NCBI GenBank assembly: GCA_963809485.1
Contig: CAWEJX010000020.1
Location: 800,001 to 864,000, forward strand
Length of the DNA: 64,000 bases
Direction: 5' to 3'
DNA from: an uncultured Acidobacteriota bacterium
GTDB taxonomy: Bacteria; Acidobacteriota; UBA6911
Of this stretch, positions 19,433-29,071 are shown one piece after another (positions within the stretch are counted from its first letter, which is position 1; every line of letters starts with the position of its first letter). The translations under genes were made by a program, and so were the position numbers. Under the pieces are notes generated by a model, which was given only the letters and a program-made list of their open reading frames with translations, did no database searches and was not told the DNA's origin.

Positions 19433-19760
19433 CTGAATTATCTTCCGCTCAGTTGGAAGGGCTTCCTTCCAGTTTGCCTACTATCCGGTTGATCCCTGTC
19501 CCCATAAACAAACCCATACCACTCTTTCATCGAATCGTTAGATGCAATCCAATGTTAATGGTATCACTAAAATTTGTCTTTGGCGGGTGTTCAAGGATAC
19601 AAATTTTTGGAGGACGCTCAAATTGCGCAATCCGCTTCCTCAATGACCTGCACAGGATCGGCTGCCAGATCAAGAATCCTAAGCCCTGCATTTTACCATC
19701 GCGGATTCATGTCGTCCAGAAACAAAATGCCTTTGAGTCACTGAAAGCTCAGGGCTTGTG

Positions 19761-19859
19761 GATTTGGGATTCCGGATTCGAGATCTGCAATCGAGGATCG
19801 GAGGTTCGCGATTCGGGATTCGAGGTCAAATCCGAATCCTGAATCGCGAGCCTCGAGTC
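19761..19859. repeat. Largest GATTCGR heptamer array: about 9 forward units then about 4 inverted units
   Basis: gatttgg gattccg gattcga gatctgc aatcgag gatcgga ggttcgc gattcgg gattcga ... ccgaatc ctgaatc. Confidence 0.75.
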
Positions 19860-20061
19860 AGGCTTGAAAGATTGGAACCGCTCAAAGCGGTTGGAGGAGT
19901 TATGCTGGTCTTGAACGCTGACTTACGCGGGCAAAAGCCGATGAGGCGCTTCCGATCCCCGCCGAACAAATCGTTTGTCAGCGTATCTCAGCGTTTCAAA
20001 ATACGAAGCTGTCAAACTCTATGAGTCCCCCGGCAGAGCCGAGAGTTTACCAATAGAATTA
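19856..20061 (-). mobile_element. Non-autonomous IS200/IS605-like element, deleted copy
   Basis: agtcagg...gaaccgctcaaagcgg...gtcaaactctatgagtcccccggcagagccg...ttaccaatagaatta. Confidence 0.72.
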
Positions 20062-20068
20062 AATCGTT

Positions 20069-22561
20069 CTAATTTTTCAACGCCGGCGATCCTTCAGAGC
20101 GGATGCGCATTCCATAGAAGGAACGATAAACGAAAACCATGGCAACCAGCAGGAACACGCCTGCCATGAAGAGAGTGCTTCCGGAGGCGGTTTTGGACAT
20201 ACTCACGGCCAACTCCACGGCCAGCAGCCCGAACAGAGTCGTGAACTTGATCACGGGATTCATGGCGACCGAAGAAGTATCCTTGAAAGGATCGCCCACT
20301 GTGTCCCCGATAACCGTTGCGGCGTGAAGCGCAGTCCCTTTCTCCTTCAGCTCCACCTCGACGATTTTCTTGGCGTTATCCCAGGCAGCGCCGGCATTGG
20401 CCATGAAAATGGCCTGGAACAAACCGAAGAGGGCGATCGAGATGAGGTAGCCGATAAAAAAGAAGGGCTCAACGAAAGCAAAGGCAAGCGTCGAAAAGAA
20501 GACTGTCAGGAAGATGTTGAACATTCCCTTTTGGGCATAGCGCGTGCAGATCTCGACAACCTTTTTGCTGTCGCTCACCGAAGCCTTCTCCACCCCTTCA
20601 AGCCGGATATTGGCCTTGATGAACTCAACCGCCCGGTAGGCTCCCGTACTTACCGCCTGAGTCGATGCGCCGGTGAACCAGTAAATGACAGCGCCGCCCG
20701 TAATCAGGCCGAGAAGGAACTGGGGATGCAGCAGCGACAGTTTGTCAAGATTTGTGCGGAGACCTTCCGTCAACAATACAATGATGGAAAAGATCATCGT
20801 CGTGGCGCCTACGACAGCCGTTCCGATCAGCACGGGTTTGGCGGTCGCCTTGAAGGTATTGCCGGCCCCATCGTTTTCCTCCAGCAGCTCTTTGGCCTTT
20901 TCGAAATTGACGTCGAACCCGTGGTCCTTCTTGAGCTCCTTTTTGACATCGGGTATCTGCTCAATCAGCGAAAGTTCAAAAACCGATTGGGCGTTGTCGG
21001 TCACCGGCCCGTAGGAATCGACAGCGATGGTAACAGGCCCCATACCCAAAAATCCGAAGGCGACGAGACCGAAGGCAAAAACAGCCGGCGCCAGCATCAA
21101 CGCCCCCAGCCCCATGGTGCTGACGATATAGGCGACCGACATAAGGCCCACGATGGCCATTCCCAGCCAGTACGCGCTGAAATTGCCGGCAATAAAGCCC
21201 GACAGGATTCCAAGAGATGCCCCGCCTTCGCGGCAGGAAGTCACCACCTCACGGACATGGCGGGATTCCGTGGAGGTGAATACCTTCACAAGCTCCGGGA
21301 TTACGGCGCCTGCCAGCGTACCGCAGGTAATTACGGTCGAAAGCTTCCACCAGAGCGAACCATCGCCCAGACTTCCGATGAGGACATAGGAAACCACGTA
21401 GGTAATGGCCACAGAGACGAAAGATGTCAGCCAGACCAGGAAGGTCAGCGGCGCCTCGAAATTCATCTTGGTAGCCTTCCGGTACCGGGCCTTGGCGATC
21501 GCCTCATTGATCAGATAGCTGAGTCCGCTTGCCACGATCATCATGATGCGCATGACAAAGATCCATACGAGCAGCTGGATCTGCACCACTTCCTGGGGAA
21601 CGGCAAGGAGGATGAAGGAAATCAGCGCCACGCCGGTGACCCCGTAAGTCTCAAAGCCGTCGGCCGTTGGCCCAACCGAATCGCCCGCGTTGTCACCCGT
21701 GCAGTCCGCGATAACTCCGGGATTGCGGGCATCGTCTTCCTTGATCTTAAACACAATCTTCATGAGATCGGAGCCGATGTCTGCGATCTTGGTAAAAATG
21801 CCGCCCGCGATTCGCAGCGCCGCAGCGCCCAGGGACTCGCCGATGGCGAAACCGATGAAACAGTTGCCGGCATAATCACCGGGGATAAACAGCAGGATGC
21901 AGAGCATTATGAACAATTCGACGCTGATCAGGGCCATTCCGATGCTCATGCCAGACTTCAGGGGGATGGAATAGCAGGGGAACGGTTTGCCATCGAGGCT
22001 CGCAAAAGCAGTGCGCGAATTGGCCAAAGTATTGATGCGGATGCCGAACCATGCCACCCCGTAGCTTCCGCCAATCCCTATCAGGCTGAAAATTAAAATG
22101 ATAGCAACCTTTATGGGCGTGAAATGCTGAAGCACTCCGAAATAAATCAGCATGATGATGCCGATGAATATTTCGAGGATTAATATGAACTTGCCTTGAG
22201 TAATCAGGTATGTTTTGCAGGTTTCGTAAATAAGTTCGGAGATCTCGCGCATGGCGCGGTGCACAGGAAGCTTTTTGAGCTGGTTAAAAATGATCAATCC
22301 GAAAAGAAGCCCAAGGATGCATACAATAAGCCCTACCATTAGAAGGGACCGGGCATTAATACCGTGGAAATGCACCTTGCCCAAGTCCGGGAGAACAAGC
22401 GATGCTTCGCCTCCCGAATGGGAAGCGGCAGCCTGGGCCGGTTCGGGTGTCTGAGCGACGGCACCGGGCAGGGCCGCCAGGCCAATTAAAATCATCGAAA
22501 GGATTACAGCCCACGTCCGGGCTATTCTCCTCCGGGAACCGCAAATATCGGTCGTTACCAT
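20069..22561 (-). CDS. hppA: Membrane-bound ion-translocating pyrophosphatase (divergent, K+-independent type)
   Basis: GGIFTKIADIGSDL, EDDARNPGVIADCTGDNAGD, GNTFKATAK, GDTVGDPFKDTS. Confidence 0.95.
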   Translation of the reverse strand: MVTTDICGSRRRIARTWAVILSMILIGLAALPGAVAQTPEPAQAAASHSGGEASLVLPDLGKVHFHGINARSLLMVGLIVCILGLLFGLIIFNQLKKLPVHRAMREISELIYETCKTYLITQGKFILILEIFIGIIMLIYFGVLQHFTPIKVAIILIFSLIGIGGSYGVAWFGIRINTLANSRTAFASLDGKPFPCYSIPLKSGMSIGMALISVELFIMLCILLFIPGDYAGNCFIGFAIGESLGAAALRIAGGIFTKIADIGSDLMKIVFKIKEDDARNPGVIADCTGDNAGDSVGPTADGFETYGVTGVALISFILLAVPQEVVQIQLLVWIFVMRIMMIVASGLSYLINEAIAKARYRKATKMNFEAPLTFLVWLTSFVSVAITYVVSYVLIGSLGDGSLWWKLSTVITCGTLAGAVIPELVKVFTSTESRHVREVVTSCREGGASLGILSGFIAGNFSAYWLGMAIVGLMSVAYIVSTMGLGALMLAPAVFAFGLVAFGFLGMGPVTIAVDSYGPVTDNAQSVFELSLIEQIPDVKKELKKDHGFDVNFEKAKELLEENDGAGNTFKATAKPVLIGTAVVGATTMIFSIIVLLTEGLRTNLDKLSLLHPQFLLGLITGGAVIYWFTGASTQAVSTGAYRAVEFIKANIRLEGVEKASVSDSKKVVEICTRYAQKGMFNIFLTVFFSTLAFAFVEPFFFIGYLISIALFGLFQAIFMANAGAAWDNAKKIVEVELKEKGTALHAATVIGDTVGDPFKDTSSVAMNPVIKFTTLFGLLAVELAVSMSKTASGSTLFMAGVFLLVAMVFVYRSFYGMRIRSEGSPALKN

Positions 22562-22899
22562 TGTATATTCTCCTGAATGTTCAACGGGACGCGAACGTCA
22601 CAGCATGTATCGTAATACCAAACATAAATGAAGGGGGGGATTATACCTCAGGTCCCGCCTGGAAATTGCGACGATTTATTGCATTTTTCCAATAATCTGC
22701 CTGCTCTCAGTTTGCACTGCGCCAGCCTGATAGATATCTTCTCAGGGACTTCGTCAGTTTTTGCACCCTGCCTTTGCCATTGTTATCAGATTTCATCAGC
22801 ATCTTTTTCAGTGCAGATCTGCTTTAGTTTGTCCCAGGGCGGTCAAAATGGGCCAGTCTCCCGCCGAAGCCGGAGATTGCCCATGCATTCCCGATGCCT

Positions 22900-23436
22900 T
22901 TATGAAAAGGCCAGGCGGCAAACAATGATGGCGGTTATAAGACTGACGATATCGGCAACCAGCCCCGAAATGACAGCGTGGCGGGCCTTTTTTATGCCCA
23001 CGGCCCCAAAATATACTGCAAGAACATAAAAAGTGGTCTCGGTGCTGCCATATGCGGAAGCAGCCAGGCGCCCGATGAAAGAGTCGGGGCCGTGAACCTT
23101 GATGAGTTCTGTCACGATTCCCATGGACCCGCTTCCCGACAATGGACGCATGATGGCAAGCGGCAGGATCTCAGCCGGGAACCCGACGCGGCGCAACACG
23201 GGATCCAGCCACTGGGAGAGCATATCGATCGCCCCGGCGCCTCGCAGCATCCCGACTGCCACAAGAATCGCAACCAAGTAGGGAATGATGCGAATCGCCA
23301 TCTGGAATCCGCCCTTGGCTCCTTCCACGAAACTCTCATAGACCTTTACTTTCCTAAAGGCGCCGTAAATCGGGACACCCACCAAAAACAATGGGATTGC
23401 CCAAACCGACAGTGTGCCGAGAATGTGCTGGATCAT
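22900..23436 (-). CDS. spmB: Spore maturation protein B-like membrane protein
   Basis: VYESFVEGAK, RPLSGSGS, GSTETTFYVLAVYFG. Confidence 0.9.
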   Translation of the reverse strand: MIQHILGTLSVWAIPLFLVGVPIYGAFRKVKVYESFVEGAKGGFQMAIRIIPYLVAILVAVGMLRGAGAIDMLSQWLDPVLRRVGFPAEILPLAIMRPLSGSGSMGIVTELIKVHGPDSFIGRLAASAYGSTETTFYVLAVYFGAVGIKKARHAVISGLVADIVSLITAIIVCRLAFS

Positions 23437-24047
23437 GACGATTTCCTTGAAAATCCGCGGTCGGCGGAAAAAATTGGCAGTTTCTCCAGAATTTTTACGG
23501 CGGTCACACCTAAGACCAGTGCACTAAAGCTCGCTGCCAGTGTGGTTCCAATGATGGCAGTCGGGTCCTTCGAGCCGGCGGACGCCATGATGCTGATCAT
23601 TGTGGCCGGTATCAGTTGAAGCCCGGCCGTATTGATGGTTAGAAACGTGCACATGGCATTGGTGGCGACTCCAGGCCGGCTATTCAGAGTTTCGAGATCC
23701 TCCATTGCCTTCAAACCGAGAGGGGTGGCGGCGTTGCTCAAACCCAGCATGTTGGCAGCAATGTTCATCGTCATGCTTCCCATAGCCGGGTGGCCTGCCG
23801 GGACATCGGGAAATAGCCGCCTCAAAATCGGCGCGATAGCTTTTGCAAGCAGCGACATCAACCCGGAATCCTCTGCTATTTTCACAATTCCCAGCCACAG
23901 CGCCATCACGCCTACTAGCCCGATTGCGACGGCCACACTGGCGCCTGCGGACTCAATCGCCGATTTTGTGACATTTTCGATTTTGCCGTTGATTCCTCCC
24001 AGCACTACGGCAAGAATAATCATGCCAAGCCAAATATAGTTGAGCAT
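23433..24047 (-). CDS. spmA: Spore maturation protein A-like membrane protein
   Basis: MLNYIW, LWLGIVKIAE, NIAANMLGLSNAATPLGLKAM. Confidence 0.9.
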   Translation of the reverse strand: MLNYIWLGMIILAVVLGGINGKIENVTKSAIESAGASVAVAIGLVGVMALWLGIVKIAEDSGLMSLLAKAIAPILRRLFPDVPAGHPAMGSMTMNIAANMLGLSNAATPLGLKAMEDLETLNSRPGVATNAMCTFLTINTAGLQLIPATMISIMASAGSKDPTAIIGTTLAASFSALVLGVTAVKILEKLPIFSADRGFSRKSS

Positions 24048-24107
24048 AATCCGGTCTCCATTGCTTTAGGGATTCAGGACTCTACGGCACGTATCTTAGC
24101 ACCTGAT

Positions 24108-25031
24108 ATGAATATTCCGACCATCCAACCGCCAAGATTAAAAACAGGAGACACCATCGCCATAGTGGCGCCCGCGAGTACCATCCATCAAAGGGATGGA
24201 TTTGAACGCGGCATACTTGCCCTGGAGGGAATGGGCTTCCGCGTGCGTTTTGGTGACCGTATATTCCAATCGCTCCGCTATCTTGCGGGCGATGATGTTT
24301 CCAGGGCGGAAGAGCTCATGAAAGCCTTTGAAGATCCCGCCATACAGGGAATCGTCGCGCTTCGTGGAGGCTACGGATGCTCCCGCCTGATCCAGCACCT
24401 CATGGAAAGACGATTGCGCCATAATCCCAAAGTGTTCATGGGCTTCAGCGATCTGACCACCTTGCACCTTTTTTTCCGGCGGCGCTTTGGCTGGATCACC
24501 ATCCACGGGCCAATGGCTGCTACCATCGGAAATATTGCCGCGGATCAGGAAAGCCATTTGTTTTCGCTGTGGACAGATCCCGGCTACTGTCCAAAGCTAA
24601 GTTTCCAACAGCTTGAATGCTGGTCTCCGGGAACTGCCGAGGGAAGCCTGGCCGGAGGGTGCCTATCGATTGTGGCGGCAAGCATCGGAACGCCCTACGA
24701 AATCAAGACAGAGGGAAAGATATTGTTTCTGGAGGACCAGGGTGAACCTCCCTTCCGGCTTGACCGCATGATTACCCACCTTTGCCTTGCAGGCAAACTT
24801 CAGTCGGCCGCAGGACTGCTTCTGGGTAGTTTCGCGGATTGCGAGCCCGATCAGGGCGGTTACACCGCCCTGGAAACGCTAAGGGATATTTTGCGCGGCC
24901 TCGACATACCGATTCTGGCCAATTTCCCGGGCGGACACGGCCCGGACAATTGGGCGATCCCGCTGGGCGCGAGAGTTCGCATCGATGCCGATGCACGATT
25001 CATTGAATTTCTCGACCCGGCTGTCTGTTGA
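24108..25031 (+). CDS. ldcA: LD-carboxypeptidase (peptidase S66)
   Basis: RGGYG, GFSDLT (catalytic Ser), HGPM, LFLED, GGH. Confidence 0.9.
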   Translation: MNIPTIQPPRLKTGDTIAIVAPASTIHQRDGFERGILALEGMGFRVRFGDRIFQSLRYLAGDDVSRAEELMKAFEDPAIQGIVALRGGYGCSRLIQHLMERRLRHNPKVFMGFSDLTTLHLFFRRRFGWITIHGPMAATIGNIAADQESHLFSLWTDPGYCPKLSFQQLECWSPGTAEGSLAGGCLSIVAASIGTPYEIKTEGKILFLEDQGEPPFRLDRMITHLCLAGKLQSAAGLLLGSFADCEPDQGGYTALETLRDILRGLDIPILANFPGGHGPDNWAIPLGARVRIDADARFIEFLDPAVC

Positions 25032-25339
25032 CGGCCGAATGTCGAAGAACAGCTTCCCCTGCCCCCTGATCCCGGATCTGCCCAACGATGCGATTTCTTC
25101 AGAAAAGTCGGCGGATTACCGATGCATACGGAGAGGATTCCTATGGGTTCCCATGAAGTGTAGGAGTCTTCGCGAATTGGCTCAAGTTTCGGGCGACATC
25201 TGCCGGCCGATTCGCAGATAATTTGAACAACGGGCTTTACAGCGAAGGTGAAAGTCTGATACATTTCTGTGCTTGGATCTCCCCCCAGCTTCATCCGAGC
25301 ATTTGGTCCGCGGCCCTTTATGCGGATTGAGAACGATTT

Positions 25340-26047
25340 ATGAACCTGCACGGGTCGATAACTGAGCTTCAGGACAGGATATCTAAGCTGTATCTTAAGC
25401 ATGAACAGCAGTTTAGCGAGAATAGCCTAATCCGCGATCTCTGGAGCGCAATGGCAAAGGATGTCGCCCAGCAGACCAGTAGCCTGGATGCGTTGCCGGT
25501 TCCTTTCTGGAATGAGCTGAAAAAAGGCCAGGACGGGTTATTCGAAGCCATTCAGGCTGCACGACAATCTCAAATTATTGAAAACAAAGAGGATTTATCG
25601 CTCCGGGGGTGTTTTGCGAAGACGCTATCGATTGAGGAGCCCACAATCCTGAAAGTTTATGTCCCAATTATCCGCAAACTCAGGGAAAACTGGACAGACC
25701 ATGCGCTGGATTTTTACATCATGGTCAAAGCCCATTTAGCCAGGATAGTGCGCATAACGGCATCCTATTCCGGGGATCCGCTTCTGATGCAACGGTCCAA
25801 TGTGTTGCTGACAAACTTCGAAAGAGAAGTTCAGGAGCCTCATATCGCGATTCTTCCTTCCATAAACCACATCCGTGCAGCCAAGCCTGCTGCGCCTGCG
25901 AAAACAAGCCAAAAAACAAAGGCCAGACACGCCGCCAAAGCGCCTAAAAAGGCTCATTCGCCTATTAAACACGCCAAAATCCGCGCGGGCCGGTCAAAAT
26001 CAATCGCCGCCAAGGTGAGCCTCCGCCGCCGGCGTGCCCGCCGCTGA
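25340..26047 (+). CDS. Hypothetical protein: helical (ferritin-like?) domain plus Lys/Ala/Arg-rich tail
   Basis: 235 aa ORF; tail AAKPAAPAKTSQKTKARHAAKAPKKA...RRRRARR. Confidence 0.65.
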   Translation: MNLHGSITELQDRISKLYLKHEQQFSENSLIRDLWSAMAKDVAQQTSSLDALPVPFWNELKKGQDGLFEAIQAARQSQIIENKEDLSLRGCFAKTLSIEEPTILKVYVPIIRKLRENWTDHALDFYIMVKAHLARIVRITASYSGDPLLMQRSNVLLTNFEREVQEPHIAILPSINHIRAAKPAAPAKTSQKTKARHAAKAPKKAHSPIKHAKIRAGRSKSIAAKVSLRRRRARR

Positions 26048-26356
26048 TTTCCGGTCCGTATTTCAGCAAAATCCCTGCCGAAGCATGATTGACCATAATA
26101 GTTTCCACTGACTGCAGATTTTACGTCGCGGATTACAGGTTTCGAGCTTTGATGCACCCAGCATTGAGAGTGCGTATCCTGACCTTGAGCACGGGGGTGA
26201 GAATTCTTTGAGCAATAGGCACTAAAGATGAATCATGGTTTTCCGCGTCGCAGGTTGATTTTTTGTATGTCCGTCCACATACTTTAAATATAGGACTAAA
26301 AATAGGACAGCCAGGGACTGGAGAATGAGGACCCGGGCGGTTTGGGGAGGTTTATA

Positions 26357-27922
26357 GTGCAAATAGGCTCTGGATCCAAATGGCCGAATCCGGATGAGTT
26401 ACGGAAGGATATGGAAGAATTCTTTTCAAAAAAATATGGCAATAGCGTCAAACTGGGAGTCTTGGGTGCGGAACCGGATCAGGCCCGCACGGCCGACGAA
26501 GGCACTGAGACCAACAATGCCCCCCTGGATATTCATTTCGATTATCTTCCCCGGGACATCAAAAAATATCTCGACCGCTTTGTCGTAAAACAGGACGCCG
26601 CCAAAAAAGTGCTAGCCACAACAATCTGCGACCACTATAACCATATAAAGCGCTGCTCGGTCAAAGGCCCCTGCAAGGAATATTCCAAGCAAAACATCAT
26701 AATGCTGGGCCCGACAGGAGTGGGCAAAACCTATCTTGTGCGGACCATTGCAGATCTGATCGGTGTCCCGTTTGTGAAAGCCGACGCGACAAAGTTCTCC
26801 GAAACCGGCTATGTCGGCGGAGACGTTGAGGATCTGGTTCGCGAGCTGGTTCACAAAGCAGACGGCAACATTCGCCTTGCAGAATACGGCATTATTTATC
26901 TGGATGAGATCGACAAGATCGCCACACCCGCCAATATCCTGGGAAGAGATGTCAGCGGAGGGGGGGTTCAACGCGGGCTCCTGAAGCTCATGGAAGAAAC
27001 AGAAGTAAGCCTCCGCACACCCTTCGATCTGACTTCGCAGCTTCAGGCCGCAATGGAATTTCAATCCAAAGGAAAAGTCGCGCGTTCGGTAATAAATACG
27101 CGGCATATCCTGTTCATCGTCAGCGGGGCGTTCAACGGGCTCGCGGAAATCATCCGCAAACGCGTGGGGGCAAAGTCGATAGGATTTAATTCACGCGGCC
27201 GATCTGCACCCAAAGATGAGGATTATTTTGAGCTCTCCAAGAGCAATGACTTCATCGAATACGGCTTCGAGTCCGAATTCGTGGGCCGCCTGCCCGTGGT
27301 CGTCAGCTGCAAGGAATTGAGTGTCGACGACCTGTTCCAGATCCTCAAGAATTCCGAGGGATCGATCATGAATCAGTATGTCAACGCCTTCGATTCCTAC
27401 GGCATTGAGATGATCCCGACGGATCCGGGACTCTACCGGATCGCCCAGAAGGCCTACGAAGACCATACGGGCGCTCGAAGCCTTGTGGGCGTCTGCGAGC
27501 GCACCTTCCGGGAATACAAATACAACCTTCCGCACTCATCCGTAAAACATCTCGAACTGACAGCCAGAATGGTCGACCAACCCGACGACGTGCTGGGAGA
27601 GATTCTGGAATCTGCAAAAGCCGACCAACTGGTTGAAATGGACCTTGCGTTCGACCGGATCGCGGATGAATGGTCCAAACGAAACGGGATCCAGATCCGT
27701 CTCCACCCCGAGGCCGCGCGGCTGCTAAGCCAAAAGGCCCTTGAAAGCGGCGACAAGCTGGAAGATGTGTTCGCGGAAATTCTGAAAGATTACGAGCATG
27801 GGCTAAACCTGATACGCAGGACACAAGGCGTCCAGCAGTTTGAGATTACGCCGGAGGTAGTCCGGGATCCCAGATCTACTCTCGATCAGTGGATCCGGAC
27901 ATACTACGTCAATCGCAATTAG
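26357..27922 (+). CDS. clpX: ClpX-like AAA+ ATPase lacking the N-terminal zinc finger, with C-terminal extension
   Basis: GPTGVGKT, GYVGGDVE, YLDEIDK, RDVSGGGVQ, IGF loop, TGARSL; GTG 26357 after GGGGAGG. Confidence 0.8.
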   Translation: MQIGSGSKWPNPDELRKDMEEFFSKKYGNSVKLGVLGAEPDQARTADEGTETNNAPLDIHFDYLPRDIKKYLDRFVVKQDAAKKVLATTICDHYNHIKRCSVKGPCKEYSKQNIIMLGPTGVGKTYLVRTIADLIGVPFVKADATKFSETGYVGGDVEDLVRELVHKADGNIRLAEYGIIYLDEIDKIATPANILGRDVSGGGVQRGLLKLMEETEVSLRTPFDLTSQLQAAMEFQSKGKVARSVINTRHILFIVSGAFNGLAEIIRKRVGAKSIGFNSRGRSAPKDEDYFELSKSNDFIEYGFESEFVGRLPVVVSCKELSVDDLFQILKNSEGSIMNQYVNAFDSYGIEMIPTDPGLYRIAQKAYEDHTGARSLVGVCERTFREYKYNLPHSSVKHLELTARMVDQPDDVLGEILESAKADQLVEMDLAFDRIADEWSKRNGIQIRLHPEAARLLSQKALESGDKLEDVFAEILKDYEHGLNLIRRTQGVQQFEITPEVVRDPRSTLDQWIRTYYVNRN

Positions 27923-28061
27923 GGATTAGGGATTAGGGATTAGGACCAATTCATCACTTTTGATTAGGCCGCCAAAGGCGAGTCAAGAGAATCTGATTTT
28001 CCAGTCAGTGACAACTATCAAGTTATTCTAATCCCTAATCACTAATCCCTAATCACTGCTA
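27920..28061. repeat. Inverted pair of TAGGGAT heptamer arrays between convergent genes
   Basis: tagggat x3 + tagga (27920-27945); ctaatcc ctaatca ctaatcc ctaatca (28028-28055). Confidence 0.8.
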
Positions 28062-29016
28062 AACGGCCCTGGTAGGCGTTTCGCTCCTGTAGACGCTGCA
28101 CGATGAGGCGGCGTATTTCCGCTTTGCTTTTCCCCCAGACCGGCGCGATCAACTGCTCCTCGGGAGCAAATCCAAAAAGCCGCTCGATAAAAATGTCCGG
28201 GCTCAAGCGCTCGAGAAAGTCGACAACCAGTTCCACGTATTCCGCCAATCCCGGAAGCGGGAATGGACGGACCCGGTATTCATCCGCCATAGCGCTGCCA
28301 CGCACGACATGAAGATGGTGCAGCTTTAAAAAATTCAGCCCCCTATCCGATAAAACCGAAGCCGTTTCCAGCATCTCTGCGCGGCTTTCCCACGGAAATC
28401 CCAATATGACATGCGCACACAGCCAGATGCCTCGGTTGCGGCTGCGATTCATCGCATCCAGCCAGCACTGGAAATCGTGCCCCCGGTTGATGCGCTGCAG
28501 CGTCCTGTCGTGCATCGATTCCAGCCCATACTCGAGCGTTACAAAATAGTCCCGCGCGAGCCTTTCCAGCCAGGCCAGCTTGCCTTCGTCGACGCAATCC
28601 GGCCTGGTTCCCAGCGACAGGCCCACGACATCCGGATGAGAAATGGCCGCTTCGTAGAGAGGAATAAGAGATTCAAGAGGAGCGTGTGTATTTGTGAATG
28701 GCTGGAAATAGACGACGAATTTCGCCGCACCGTACCGGTTCTTGAGATAGCGGATTCCTTCGGCAACCTGCTCGGAAACCGGTTTGAAGCTGCTGGCTGT
28801 TTTCGGGCGGAATGAATCGTTATTGCAATAGGTGCATCCTCCCACCGCCAGCGTGCCGTCGCGATTCGGGCAGGAAAATCCCCCGTCGACGCTGACTTTG
28901 AACACGCGGCAACCGAACTTCTCTTTCAGGAAGCCGCCGTATGCGTTATACAGGTGATTTTCGACTTGAGACTGGGGACTCGAGATTCGAGATCGGGAAT
29001 TCGACATCGCAGACAA
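28042..29016 (-). CDS. TIGR01212 family radical SAM protein (YhcC/YtqA-like)
   Basis: GFSCPNRDG..GCTYC, YFQPFTNT, GTRPDC, INRGH, KLHHLH; start uncertain (ATG 29007 possible). Confidence 0.92.
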   Translation of the reverse strand: MSAMSNSRSRISSPQSQVENHLYNAYGGFLKEKFGCRVFKVSVDGGFSCPNRDGTLAVGGCTYCNNDSFRPKTASSFKPVSEQVAEGIRYLKNRYGAAKFVVYFQPFTNTHAPLESLIPLYEAAISHPDVVGLSLGTRPDCVDEGKLAWLERLARDYFVTLEYGLESMHDRTLQRINRGHDFQCWLDAMNRSRNRGIWLCAHVILGFPWESRAEMLETASVLSDRGLNFLKLHHLHVVRGSAMADEYRVRPFPLPGLAEYVELVVDFLERLSPDIFIERLFGFAPEEQLIAPVWGKSKAEIRRLIVQRLQERNAYQGRLAVIRD

Positions 29017-29071
29017 AATATAGCAATTCCGGGATTGAGATCATAGCCACGACCTGCAATTTCGGCTCTCA

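Noticed and set aside
20324-22096. Long antisense ORFs (590 aa here; also 39829-41004, 41457-42863, 51894-52955, 54127-55167)
   Set aside because: Shadows of well-supported genes on the opposite strand or in another frame in GC-rich DNA; no recognisable motifs
26160-26285. CIRCE or other heat-shock operator upstream of the ClpX-like gene
   Set aside because: No TTAGCACTC-N9-GAGTGCTAA match; only a 6-bp inverted repeat gtatgt/acatac, too weak to call
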